Positions 1-8,654 of a stretch of 64,000 nucleotides of DNA are shown one piece after another. The DNA is taken from the NCBI GenBank assembly GCA_036635835.1, contig JAVWPP010000002.1, positions 88,577 through 152,576 on the forward strand, read 5' to 3'. A program made the position numbers and the translations under genes. This DNA comes from Clostridia bacterium (lineage in GTDB: Bacteria > Bacillota > Clostridia > TANB77 > CAG-465). A model generated the notes under the pieces. The model was given only the letters and a program-made list of their open reading frames with translations, was not told the origin of the DNA and did not search any database. The stretch's first letter is position 1. Each line of letters starts with the position of its first letter.

Positions 1-1
1 A

Positions 2-601
2 AACAAAAAAGTAGAAGGTGTATCTTTTTCAGAATCTCTAATGATGAAAATGGATAAAAGCGAGGCAGATATTTGCATATCTTACGCAACTAAAGAAAAA
101 ATAGTTATGGTTAAAATAGATACAAACGGCAAATGCATATATAACGTAGAAAAAGACGTAAAATATAAAACTGAGCAAAACGCATGGGTATACCCTTTAA
201 ACTACGGAAATACCGCTAAATATATAACTGCATATAGAGGGCTAGGGCAAGATAAAAATAAAGCCATTACATACCTTACAGAGCTAGATTCAAGCGGCGC
301 AGTTATAGAAGAAAAAGAAATAATCCCTAGATACAATATAGGAGATATTAAAAAAACAAAAGACAATAACATATATATAACAGGTAGTAAATTAGTAAAT
401 AAAAAAAATATAAGCGTAGTTATAAAAACAGATAAAAACATGAAAAAAATATGGGAAATACAAAGTGAAAAAGATAATGCAGAAGTTACAGAAGTAGTAG
501 ATTACGGCAAAAATCTATACGTTTACGAAAACATATATACAAAAGTAGAAAACGCAAACGACATAGTTACACCATATAGATTAAAATATATTTTTAAATA
601 A
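2..601 (+). CDS. Hypothetical protein, C-terminal part (5' end lies outside the window)
   Basis: The frame of ORF 41..601 stays open back to position 2 (NKKVEGVSFSESLMM...). Beta-rich repeats such as IYITGSKLV and LYVYENIY. No family recognised. Confidence 0.5.
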   Translation, partial: NKKVEGVSFSESLMMKMDKSEADICISYATKEKIVMVKIDTNGKCIYNVEKDVKYKTEQNAWVYPLNYGNTAKYITAYRGLGQDKNKAITYLTELDSSGAVIEEKEIIPRYNIGDIKKTKDNNIYITGSKLVNKKNISVVIKTDKNMKKIWEIQSEKDNAEVTEVVDYGKNLYVYENIYTKVENANDIVTPYRLKYIFK

Positions 602-604
602 AAG

Positions 605-633
605 ATATCCGTATACTAGCTGTATACGGATAT
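605..633 (+). terminator. Hairpin just after the stop codon (weak T-tail)
   Basis: atatccgtatac / gtatacggatat 12-bp stem with a 5-nt loop. The tail is AT-rich rather than a clean T-run. Confidence 0.45.
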
Positions 634-687
634 ATATATTAAAGAGAAAAAATAACTCATACTTTTTCAAAAAAAAATAAAATTCAA

Positions 688-716
688 TTGAAAAAAAGCA
701 AAAAATAATATATAAT
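688..716 (+). promoter_or_regulatory. Sigma-A type promoter
   Basis: TTGAAA, 17 nt spacer, TATAAT, about 27 nt upstream of ATG 743. Confidence 0.5.
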
Positions 717-742
717 TCAAATGATTGAAACGAGGAAAAAAG

Positions 743-2200
743 ATGAAAAATGGATTTGACAACGAGAAATATTTAAAAATACAAAGCGAAGAAATAAAAA
801 AAAGAATTGCAATGTTTGATAGCAAACTATATCTAGAATTCGGCGGAAAACTTTTTGACGACTACCATGCAAGCAGAGTACTTCCAGGCTTCGAAGCAAA
901 CTCAAAAATAAAAATCCTACAAGAGTTAAAAGACGACCTAGAAGTAGTATTTTGCATAAACGCAAAAGATATAGAAAAGAAAAAAATAAGAGCAGACTAC
1001 GGAATAACATACGACAAAGAACTGCTAAGACTAATAGAAAACCTAAAAGCACTAGACATATGCGTAAGTAGCGTAGTCATCACATTATATAAAGGACAAA
1101 CAAGCGTAAAAAGCTTCAGAAAAATGCTAGAAAGAATGAACGTAAAAACATACATACACACCGCAACAAAAGGATATCCAACAGAAATAGAAACAATAGT
1201 AAGTAGCGAAGGATACGGACTAAACGAATACATAGAAACAACTAAAAAACTAGTAGTAGTAACAGCCCCAGGCCCAAGCAGCGGAAAACTTGCTACATGC
1301 CTTTCACAGCTATACCACGAATACAAAAGAGGTGTAAACGCAGGATATGCAAAATATGAAACATTCCCAGTATGGAATTTACCACTTACCCACCCTGTAA
1401 ACATAGCGTACGAAGCAGCAACAGCAGACATACAGGATATTAATATGATAGATCCATTCCACCTAGAAGCATACGGAGTAAGCGCAGTAAACTACAATAG
1501 AGACATAGCAACATTTCCAATATTAAAAAACATACTCCTAAAAATCACAGGAAAAGAAATATACAAATCACCAACAGACATGGGCGTAAACACCCTTAAA
1601 GACTGCATTATAGACGATGAAGTAGTAAAAGAAGCATCAAAACAAGAAATAATAAGAAGATACTACGCCGCACTTTGCGATGTTAAATTAGAAAAACTAG
1701 AAGAAGACACCGCAAGCAGAATAAAAATGCTAATGAATGAGCTAGACATTTCAGAAAAAGATAGAGATGTAGTATTACCAGCACTTAAAAAAGCAGAAAA
1801 AGAAAATACGCATGTTATTTCTTTAAAACTACCAAATGGAAAAATAATAACAGGAAAACAAACAGACCTACTTAGCCCTGCAAGCTCAGCTATACTTAAC
1901 GCAGTAAAAGAACTTACTAACATACCAGATGAAGTATACCTTCTTTCACCAGCTGTCCTAGAGCCAATTTTAAAGCTAAAAGATATAACTATCTACCAAA
2001 AGCTAACCAATTTAAATCTACAAGAAGTACTAATTGCACTTAGCATTTGCTCGGTTACAAATCCAATCATAGTAAAAGCAATAGATAATTTATCTAAGTT
2101 AAAAAATACAGATGCACACGCTTCATACATGGTTTCTGACGAAGAAATTAAAATATTTAAAAGGCTACAAATTAACCTAACATGCGAGCCTAAATTCTAA
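743..2200 (+). CDS. UPF0371 / DUF1846 family protein
   Basis: N-terminus MKNGFDNEKYLKIQSEEIKKRI...FGGKLFDDYHASRVLPGFE matches my recollection of DUF1846. GAGG RBS before ATG 743; the track ORF starts at an upstream TTG at 725. Confidence 0.7.
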   Translation: MKNGFDNEKYLKIQSEEIKKRIAMFDSKLYLEFGGKLFDDYHASRVLPGFEANSKIKILQELKDDLEVVFCINAKDIEKKKIRADYGITYDKELLRLIENLKALDICVSSVVITLYKGQTSVKSFRKMLERMNVKTYIHTATKGYPTEIETIVSSEGYGLNEYIETTKKLVVVTAPGPSSGKLATCLSQLYHEYKRGVNAGYAKYETFPVWNLPLTHPVNIAYEAATADIQDINMIDPFHLEAYGVSAVNYNRDIATFPILKNILLKITGKEIYKSPTDMGVNTLKDCIIDDEVVKEASKQEIIRRYYAALCDVKLEKLEEDTASRIKMLMNELDISEKDRDVVLPALKKAEKENTHVISLKLPNGKIITGKQTDLLSPASSAILNAVKELTNIPDEVYLLSPAVLEPILKLKDITIYQKLTNLNLQEVLIALSICSVTNPIIVKAIDNLSKLKNTDAHASYMVSDEEIKIFKRLQINLTCEPKF

Positions 2201-2289
2201 TATAATGTGAAATGAAATAAGTAGAAATACATATCTCATTTCATTTTTTTGTCTAAAAAGTAGAAAAAACAAAAAAAATTTAAATCTTA

Positions 2290-2318
2290 TTGACAAAGTA
2301 GAAACAAAGAATTATAAT
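2290..2318 (+). promoter_or_regulatory. Sigma-A type promoter of recN
   Basis: TTGACA, 17 nt spacer, TATAAT (perfect consensus hexamers). Confidence 0.7.
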
Positions 2319-2325
2319 ACAAATT

Positions 2326-2339
2326 AGAACTAGTGTTCA
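2326..2339 (+). promoter_or_regulatory. LexA (Cheo/SOS) box
   Basis: AGAACTAGTGTTCA fits GAAC-N4-GTTC. It lies 8 nt downstream of the -10 hexamer and 17 nt upstream of the recN ATG. Confidence 0.55.
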
Positions 2340-2355
2340 CGAAAAGAGGCATACT

Positions 2356-3996
2356 ATGATACAAACTTTACATATAAAAAACATAGGAATAATAGAAGAT
2401 TTAAATATAGATTTTAACACAGGATTTAACGTCCTAACAGGTGAAACAGGCGCCGGTAAAACCCTTATAATAGAAGCAATACAGATAATTTGCGGTAGTA
2501 GATTTTCTAAAGATATTATAAAAAAAGGCAAAGATTTTTCTCTAGTAGAAGCATGCATATACGCCCCTAAAAGCGAGTATGCAGAAGACGAAAACATAAT
2601 TGTATCTAGAGAAATAAATAAAAACGGAAAAAATCTTTGCAAAGTAAATGGAAGATTAGTTACAATAACTGAGCTTAAAAAAATAATGCAAGATAACATA
2701 GATATACACGGACAAAATAACAACCAAAATCTAATGAACCCTGCTAAACATATAGAATATCTAGACAGCTACATTGGCAAAGAAATAGACACGTTAAAAG
2801 AAAAATACACAGTAATATACACTAGATATTTAGAAATAAATAAAGCGCTAGATAAAAACTATGGTAACGATATAGAAAAACAAAGAAAATTAGATCTTCT
2901 AATGTATCAATTTAACGAAATAGATGAAGCATATTTAAAAGAAGGAGAAGAAGAAACTTTAGAAGAAAAATTTAAAATAGCAAAAGATTCAGCTAAAATA
3001 ATAGAAAACCTAACATGCCTAAACGAAAATCTAGAAGACAAAGTCATTTCCGGATTAGAAGATAGCATAAAAAGCTTAAACAAATTAACTACATACAATA
3101 ATACATATGTAGAAAAACTAAATAAAGTAGAAGAAATGTATTACGAGCTAAAAGAAATATCATCAGATGTTTATGGATATAAACAAGAAGTAGACATAGA
3201 TGAAGAAGCTTTAAATACCTTGCAAAACAGGCTAGATCAAATATTTTCTCTAAAAAGAAAATACGGAAATACAGTTACAGATATATTAAAATACAAGCAG
3301 GAAATAGAAGATGAAATAAATAGCATAGAAAATTTAGAATATCATAATAATGAGCTAAAAAAAGAGCTTGGCCAAATAAAAATCAAAATGTTAGAACAAG
3401 CAAAAGAAATAAACAAAGTAAGAACAAAATTTGCAGAAGAGCTGCAAAAGAAAATAAATAATGAGCTAATAGAGCTAGATATGAAAAACGCTAAATTTGA
3501 AGTAAACATCACATATAGCGAAGAAGAATTCACAAAAAATGCATTAGATAAAATAGAGTTTCGCATAGCTACAAATCTAGGGGAAGAATTTAAACCACTT
3601 GTAAAAATTGCTTCAGGCGGCGAAGTATCAAGAATTATGCTAGGTATAAAAACAGTCCTAGCTTCTGCTTTAAATGTAGAAGTACTTGTTTTTGATGAAA
3701 TAGATACTGGAATAAGCGGCGTTGCAGCAAAAGCAGTTAGTAAAAAAATGAGACAAATTTCAAAAAAACATCAAGTAATTTGCGTAACACATCAAGCAGT
3801 AATTGCAGCAAAAGCAGACTTTAATTACTTTATACAAAAAAATATTGTAGATAACATTACAAAAACCAGCGTAAGACTCCTATCTGAGATTGAAGTTATT
3901 AGAGAAATAGCAAGAATAGCAACAGGAGATATAAATAAAATCGCACTAGAACATGCAGCATCACTTAGAGAAGACAAATCCATAGAAACAATATAA
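2356..3996 (+). CDS. recN: DNA repair protein RecN
   Basis: Walker A GETGAGKT at the N-terminus, long coiled-coil middle, C-terminal ASGGEVSRIMLGIK signature and Walker B LVFDEIDTGISG. Confidence 0.9.
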   Translation: MIQTLHIKNIGIIEDLNIDFNTGFNVLTGETGAGKTLIIEAIQIICGSRFSKDIIKKGKDFSLVEACIYAPKSEYAEDENIIVSREINKNGKNLCKVNGRLVTITELKKIMQDNIDIHGQNNNQNLMNPAKHIEYLDSYIGKEIDTLKEKYTVIYTRYLEINKALDKNYGNDIEKQRKLDLLMYQFNEIDEAYLKEGEEETLEEKFKIAKDSAKIIENLTCLNENLEDKVISGLEDSIKSLNKLTTYNNTYVEKLNKVEEMYYELKEISSDVYGYKQEVDIDEEALNTLQNRLDQIFSLKRKYGNTVTDILKYKQEIEDEINSIENLEYHNNELKKELGQIKIKMLEQAKEINKVRTKFAEELQKKINNELIELDMKNAKFEVNITYSEEEFTKNALDKIEFRIATNLGEEFKPLVKIASGGEVSRIMLGIKTVLASALNVEVLVFDEIDTGISGVAAKAVSKKMRQISKKHQVICVTHQAVIAAKADFNYFIQKNIVDNITKTSVRLLSEIEVIREIARIATGDINKIALEHAASLREDKSIETI

Positions 3997-4051
3997 AAGC
4001 AGAATAAAATCTCTTAAAACACTAATAATATATATTAGTTAGGAGAACATT

Positions 4052-5578
4052 ATGGAATCATATTGGATAAAATCAACAGAAAAAAAAGAAGCAAACTATC
4101 AAAAATTAGAAGAAGATATAACTGTAGATGTTTGCATAATAGGAGGCGGAATCACAGGCATAACTACTGCATACTATTTAAACAAAGAAGGCCTAGACGT
4201 TGCAGTAATAGAGCAAGATAAACTAGCATCTAAAGCAAGCGGAAAAACAACGGGTAAAATAACTAGTCAGCATGGCTGCATATATAAGCATCTTTTAGAT
4301 ACATTTGGAGAAGAATTAGCTCGCAAATATCTATATGCAAACCAAAAAGCTTTAAAAAACATAGAAAAAATAATATTAGAAGAAAAAATCTCTTGCGATT
4401 TCAAAAAAGAAACAGCATATGTATATACAACGGAATATATACAGTTACAAACTTTAAAAGATGAAATAGAAGCTCTAAAGGCTATAGATAGCACATTCCC
4501 ATGCAATTATCTAGAAGAGATACCTATGCAAAAAGATATATTAGGAGCAGTTTCCTTCAATAATCAGGCGCAGTTTCATCCAAGAAAATATATACTTTCG
4601 CTTGCAAATATCATTTCACAAAAAGGTGCTAAAATATTTGAAAACACAAAAGCATTATCTATAAAAAAACAGGGAGAGCAGTACTGTATATCTACAAAAG
4701 AAGGAAAAATAAAAGCCAAAAATGTAGTAGTTGCAACTCAGTATCCATTTAAAAATTTCCCCGGTATGTATTTTATAAAAATGTACCAAAGCACCTCATA
4801 CGCCATTCTTGCAGAAACAAGTATGCCGCTTTTAGAGGGAATGTATATATCAGAAAACGTGCAAACTAGATCTTTTAGAACAGTTAAAGATGGTAATAAA
4901 GAATTACTTTTAGCTGTTGGTAGCGATCATAAAACAGGCATAAATATAGATTTAAACAGCGCATATACAAATTTAGAAGACGAAATAAAAACCATATATC
5001 AAGATGCAAAAATCAAATACAAATGGAATACCCAAGACTGCATTACGCTAGATAAAGTCCCATACATAGGCGAGTTTTCTAGCATAATGCAAGGAATATA
5101 CGTAGCTACTGGATACAACAAATGGGGCATGAGCACATCAAATATAGCAGCTGAAATAATAACAGATAAAATTTTAAATAGAGTAAATAAATACGAAGAC
5201 ATATTTAAAGCCACAAGGTTAAATGTAGTAAAAAACCATACTCCTTTTTCAAATATGGTAAAACAAAGCTTTAAATCACTAGTAACAGAAAAAATGAAAA
5301 TAAAAGAAGAAAATTTACAAGATATAAAAGCAGGAGATGGAAAAGTAATAATAAAAGATAACAAAAAAGTAGGAGTATATAAAGATCCTAAAGGAAAAAT
5401 ATATTTAGTTAATCCTGTTTGCACTCACCTAGGATGCCTACTTGTCTTTAATAATCTAGAGAAAACTTGGGACTGCCCATGCCATGGCTCAAGGTTCACC
5501 TTTGAAGGGAAATGCATATACGGCCCTAGCAACAAAGACTTAGAAAGCTATACATCATGTAACAAAAACAGCATATAA
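4052..5578 (+). CDS. FAD-dependent oxidoreductase with a C-terminal Rieske [2Fe-2S] domain
   Basis: N-terminal dinucleotide fold VCIIGGGITG. C-terminal Rieske motifs CTHLGC and CPCHGS. Confidence 0.8.
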   Translation: MESYWIKSTEKKEANYQKLEEDITVDVCIIGGGITGITTAYYLNKEGLDVAVIEQDKLASKASGKTTGKITSQHGCIYKHLLDTFGEELARKYLYANQKALKNIEKIILEEKISCDFKKETAYVYTTEYIQLQTLKDEIEALKAIDSTFPCNYLEEIPMQKDILGAVSFNNQAQFHPRKYILSLANIISQKGAKIFENTKALSIKKQGEQYCISTKEGKIKAKNVVVATQYPFKNFPGMYFIKMYQSTSYAILAETSMPLLEGMYISENVQTRSFRTVKDGNKELLLAVGSDHKTGINIDLNSAYTNLEDEIKTIYQDAKIKYKWNTQDCITLDKVPYIGEFSSIMQGIYVATGYNKWGMSTSNIAAEIITDKILNRVNKYEDIFKATRLNVVKNHTPFSNMVKQSFKSLVTEKMKIKEENLQDIKAGDGKVIIKDNKKVGVYKDPKGKIYLVNPVCTHLGCLLVFNNLEKTWDCPCHGSRFTFEGKCIYGPSNKDLESYTSCNKNSI

Positions 5579-5605
5579 ACATATACTAAATATAGGGGTG
5601 AATAT

Positions 5606-5731
5606 ATGTTAAATAATATTTTTAACAACATTTTTAGAATGTTAGGAATTAATAATAATCAAAATAGTAAAAGACAATCTCAAAGCAAAAGAACAGGATA
5701 TATACAAAGATCAAGATACATAGGAAAGTAG
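5606..5731 (+). CDS. Candidate 41-aa basic small protein
   Basis: AGGGGTG RBS 5 nt before the ATG. Encodes MLNNIFNNIFRMLGINNNQNSKRQSQSKRTGYIQRSRYIGK. A hairpin follows directly. Below the ORF-track size cutoff. Confidence 0.35.
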   Translation: MLNNIFNNIFRMLGINNNQNSKRQSQSKRTGYIQRSRYIGK

Positions 5732-5734
5732 AAA

Positions 5735-5758
5735 AAAGATGTGAGAAATCACATCTTT
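5735..5758 (+). terminator. Hairpin terminator
   Basis: aaagatgtga gaaa tcacatcttt, a 10-bp stem with a tetraloop. Confidence 0.5.
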
Positions 5759-5786
5759 AATATATGTATATAAAGCAAAATTTAGG

Positions 5787-5815
5787 TTGACATAAACCCT
5801 CTAAAGTGGTATAAT
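5787..5815 (+). promoter_or_regulatory. Sigma-A promoter with extended -10
   Basis: TTGACA, 17 nt spacer, TATAAT with TGG directly upstream (tggtataat). Confidence 0.7.
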
Positions 5816-6000
5816 TAAAGTATAGTTAAATAAAAACTCTAAGCAAAATTGCAAAGAAGGTGCAGTATTATGAATGAATATTTGAAAAAATAACGTATTT
5901 CAATACACACAGCAGTACATAAATGAATTGAAACTTTACAATAAATACATACCCAAAAGGTATTAATGTAAAAATAAAAATTTAAATATAGAGGTGCAAA

Positions 6001-6534
6001 ATGAGTAAAAACAAACCAAACCAAGAAGATATATTTGAAAATTTATTAAAGTACAAAGAAAAATTAAACAACAATACTAATATTGACGATGAAATGAGAG
6101 AAATAATATTAGAAGAAGCAGACACTTTAGTAGATACGATGTATAAATATTATATGTCAGTATACAGTTCTAATATCTCAAAAATTTCAACAAGAAAAGA
6201 TTCCAATTCATTAAAAGAATATCAAGAAAAATTAAAAGAAGCAGACAATAAAAGAAGAGTGTATCACAATTCTTTAATAGTAAGTTTAGTTTTCCTAGAT
6301 AGAATAGGCCAAAAAAGTAACTTAGGTTATATATATGGCAAGTTTTCAGAAAAAGAAATTTCTAATGCTAGAATAGTAATAGACAATTTCGAAAAAAGAA
6401 CTAGTATTGCAAATGATGTGTTCGACTCTATAGGCAAAATTATGGTGTATATGCAAGAAGGTAATACAAGCTACTCAAAAGGGCAAGAATGTATTAACGA
6501 AATATATCATTATAATGATGTAAGATTCGCATAG
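6001..6534 (+). CDS. Hypothetical protein (177 aa)
   Basis: GAGGTG RBS. Has its own promoter and its own strong terminator. No family recognised. Confidence 0.7.
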   Translation: MSKNKPNQEDIFENLLKYKEKLNNNTNIDDEMREIILEEADTLVDTMYKYYMSVYSSNISKISTRKDSNSLKEYQEKLKEADNKRRVYHNSLIVSLVFLDRIGQKSNLGYIYGKFSEKEISNARIVIDNFEKRTSIANDVFDSIGKIMVYMQEGNTSYSKGQECINEIYHYNDVRFA

Positions 6535-6550
6535 AATTGAAATACTAAAA

Positions 6551-6586
6551 AACACTGGATATTAATAAATCCAGTGTTCTTTTTTG
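6551..6586 (+). terminator. Rho-independent terminator
   Basis: aacactggat / atccagtgtt 10-bp stem followed by cttttttg. Confidence 0.8.
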
Positions 6587-6617
6587 CATAAAATACAAAC
6601 TAAAAACCCCAAAACTG

Positions 6618-6646
6618 TTGACATAACACTAAAATCATGGTATAAT
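6618..6646 (+). promoter_or_regulatory. Sigma-A promoter with extended -10
   Basis: TTGACA, 17 nt spacer, TATAAT. Shares gTTGACATAA...TGGTATAATTA with the promoter at 5787. Confidence 0.7.
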
Positions 6647-6701
6647 TATTTAGATGTATTAATTTATACTTACCAAATAAATATTTGGGGGAGAGGGTTA
6701 T

Positions 6702-6995
6702 ATGATGGATATAATGAAATTTAAAAAGATTGAGGACAGTATATCAGATGTGGATCTAGAAAGTTGGAACGAGAGTTTAAAAGTACTAGAAAGAAGCTAT
6801 AGATGTGAGTTAAAGTTTAGAATGAATCAGTTTAAAAAGAGTCAAAAACAAATCACACTTATAGAAGACAGACACATAATCATTGCCGCAGAAAATATAA
6901 ACAAATTAGCTAAACAAGATGTAATAAAAACAGAGCAGATAAATGATATAAAAAAGTTCGCATTTGTACTAGTTCATTCACTTGTCAAAGGATAA
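6702..6995 (+). CDS. Hypothetical protein (97 aa)
   Basis: GGGGGAGAGGG RBS region upstream. Own promoter and terminator. No family recognised. Confidence 0.65.
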   Translation: MMDIMKFKKIEDSISDVDLESWNESLKVLERSYRCELKFRMNQFKKSQKQITLIEDRHIIIAAENINKLAKQDVIKTEQINDIKKFAFVLVHSLVKG

Positions 6996-7005
6996 TAAAA
7001 CAAAA

Positions 7006-7035
7006 AAGAAGATTTTAAATAAATCTTCTTTTTTT
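7006..7035 (+). terminator. Rho-independent terminator
   Basis: aagaagattt / aaatcttctt 10-bp stem followed by ttttt. Confidence 0.8.
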
Positions 7036-7119
7036 GCGTTTTATCAGAGTAATAATATTTTAAAACGGTAATATAATGTTTAATGTGTGAATAACAATAT
7101 ATAAATAAGGAGTGATAAA

Positions 7120-8157
7120 ATGAATATAATAGTTTCAAAAATACCTATAGCGGCTAATATAGCTAAGCAATATACAGGGTGCACAAGCGATGGAAAGTCT
7201 GTATATTTAGTATCAACAAATTTAGCAGAAATACATAGGTTTAATAACATGTATTTATATGAATCAAAACTAGATATGGATATGCCGTATTCAAGCATTA
7301 CATACAATAAAAATGCAGATGTTTTCTATCTATCAACCGAAGATAATTCAATAGTTTGCTTAGATAAGAATTTTAAAAATAGCAAAGGAATATCTCCAAA
7401 TATTCTAAAAATGTATAAAGATAAAATAACATCTATAGCATATTCAGAGGATAACAACGTCCTATACATAGTAAATAAAAAAGATATAATCGCAGTACAA
7501 ATGGAAACAATGGAGATAGAATTAATAACAGAAAAAATAAATAACGAAGAAAAAGATATAACATTTACAGCAGCATATAATAAAAACAGTGAAGTATATA
7601 TAGCATACACAAAAAATAGCAAATGTTTTTTAGCAAAGCTAAACAAAGAAAACAAAGTAGAAGAAGAGTTCTATGTAGCAGATGATGCAGAGATTAATAA
7701 TATTTTTGTGCATAATAATATACTAAAACTATTTATAGTAGGAAATACAAATTACATATTCGAAACAAATATTATAGAAAATAAACCTTGTAACTACTAT
7801 AGAGAAGAATTCTCCGGAAAAAGAGCTTCATATAACTCATGTTATGCAAATTACGAAAACCCAGAATGCGAGTGCAGTAATTGCTGCTGCTGTTGTTTAG
7901 AAGATTCAGAATCAAATTACGAGCAAAATATCTCAGATATAATTGAATCAATTGCCTTAGAAGAAGCTGGAATATCACATATTCTAAATGCAGAAGGAGA
8001 AAAAATACAAAAAGTTTTAGAGCATTCTAGAGATATATGTGAAATTCTAAAAGTAAACGAATCTGTAAATAAGACAATTAGCAATGTAACTATGTTAGAA
8101 CAAATACTAGTTGCTAAACTTGAAATAGTACATAATATGATTAATAAAAAGTGTTAG
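7120..8157 (+). CDS. Hypothetical protein: repeat-rich N-terminal domain, Cys run, shared C-terminal helical module
   Basis: AAGGAG RBS. About five blade-like repeats of roughly 45 aa (e.g. ITYNKNADVFYLST, IAYSEDNNVLYIVN, AAYNKNSEVYIAYT). PECECSNCCCCCLED at nt 7861-7905. C-terminal IESIALEEAGISHILNAEGEKIQ module. Confidence 0.75.
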   Translation: MNIIVSKIPIAANIAKQYTGCTSDGKSVYLVSTNLAEIHRFNNMYLYESKLDMDMPYSSITYNKNADVFYLSTEDNSIVCLDKNFKNSKGISPNILKMYKDKITSIAYSEDNNVLYIVNKKDIIAVQMETMEIELITEKINNEEKDITFTAAYNKNSEVYIAYTKNSKCFLAKLNKENKVEEEFYVADDAEINNIFVHNNILKLFIVGNTNYIFETNIIENKPCNYYREEFSGKRASYNSCYANYENPECECSNCCCCCLEDSESNYEQNISDIIESIALEEAGISHILNAEGEKIQKVLEHSRDICEILKVNESVNKTISNVTMLEQILVAKLEIVHNMINKKC

Positions 8158-8271
8158 TATCCATTTAAACAAGATATTTAGTCTAATAAATGTAACAACT
8201 TTTCATTAAAAAACATATAGTATATTATGCTATGCCTAAAGAGCATAACAATTAAATAGGAGGTTAGTAAT

Positions 8272-8556
8272 ATGTCAATGCCAATAATCGTACCTGGAAC
8301 AGGTACAAGAGATCAAGCAATTACAGATGTAATAGAATCAGTTGCTTTAGAAGAAACTGCATTATCTCATATCTTAAATGCAGAAGGTGAAAAATTACAA
8401 GCAGTTATAGCAATGCCAGGTGTAACCGCTGATGAGTTATTAATAGTAAATAAATCAGTTCAAAAAATGGTTAATGCAATAACTAGATTAGAAACAATTC
8501 TTCAAGGAAAAATAGATATATTCTCTTGCGAAATATGTCCTAATCCTCAAGCTTAA
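8272..8556 (+). CDS. Hypothetical 94-aa protein made almost entirely of the shared helical module
   Basis: Strong AGGAGG RBS. VIESVALEETALSHILNAEGEKLQ...VNKSVQKMVNAITRLETILQGKI aligns with the C-terminus of the 7120 gene. Confidence 0.8.
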   Translation: MSMPIIVPGTGTRDQAITDVIESVALEETALSHILNAEGEKLQAVIAMPGVTADELLIVNKSVQKMVNAITRLETILQGKIDIFSCEICPNPQA

Positions 8557-8654
8557 ATAATTACAATTAGGAACTCATGAATTTTTAATAATACAATTTA
8601 TATATGCTGTATAAATAATATGGCATATATAAAATATAAACGCAGAGGTGAAAG

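Noticed and set aside
611-627. 16-nt identity (tatactagctgtatac) between the hairpin at 611-627 and the reverse complement of 9340-9355, considered as a REP-like element
   Set aside because: Only two copies. The second forms only a 5-bp stem. A rough estimate for a 64-kb AT-rich sequence shows that 16-nt matches of this kind are expected by chance.
202-1431. Antisense ORFs in the track (202-441, 717-1052, 997-1431), and the many similar minus- or plus-strand shadow ORFs throughout the window (e.g. 2337-2723, 12559-13161, 37640-38044, 46520-47113, 53974-54516)
   Set aside because: They lie fully inside well-supported genes on the opposite strand. They encode low-complexity S/F/L/I-rich products, lack an RBS, and are expected artefacts of antisense reading in AT-rich coding DNA.
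8195-8222. Sigma-K-type promoter (AC, 17 nt spacer, CATATAGTA) as a stand-alone feature
   Set aside because: The motif is short and A/T-rich, so it is likely to occur by chance in this genome. It is mentioned only as weak supporting context in the finding.
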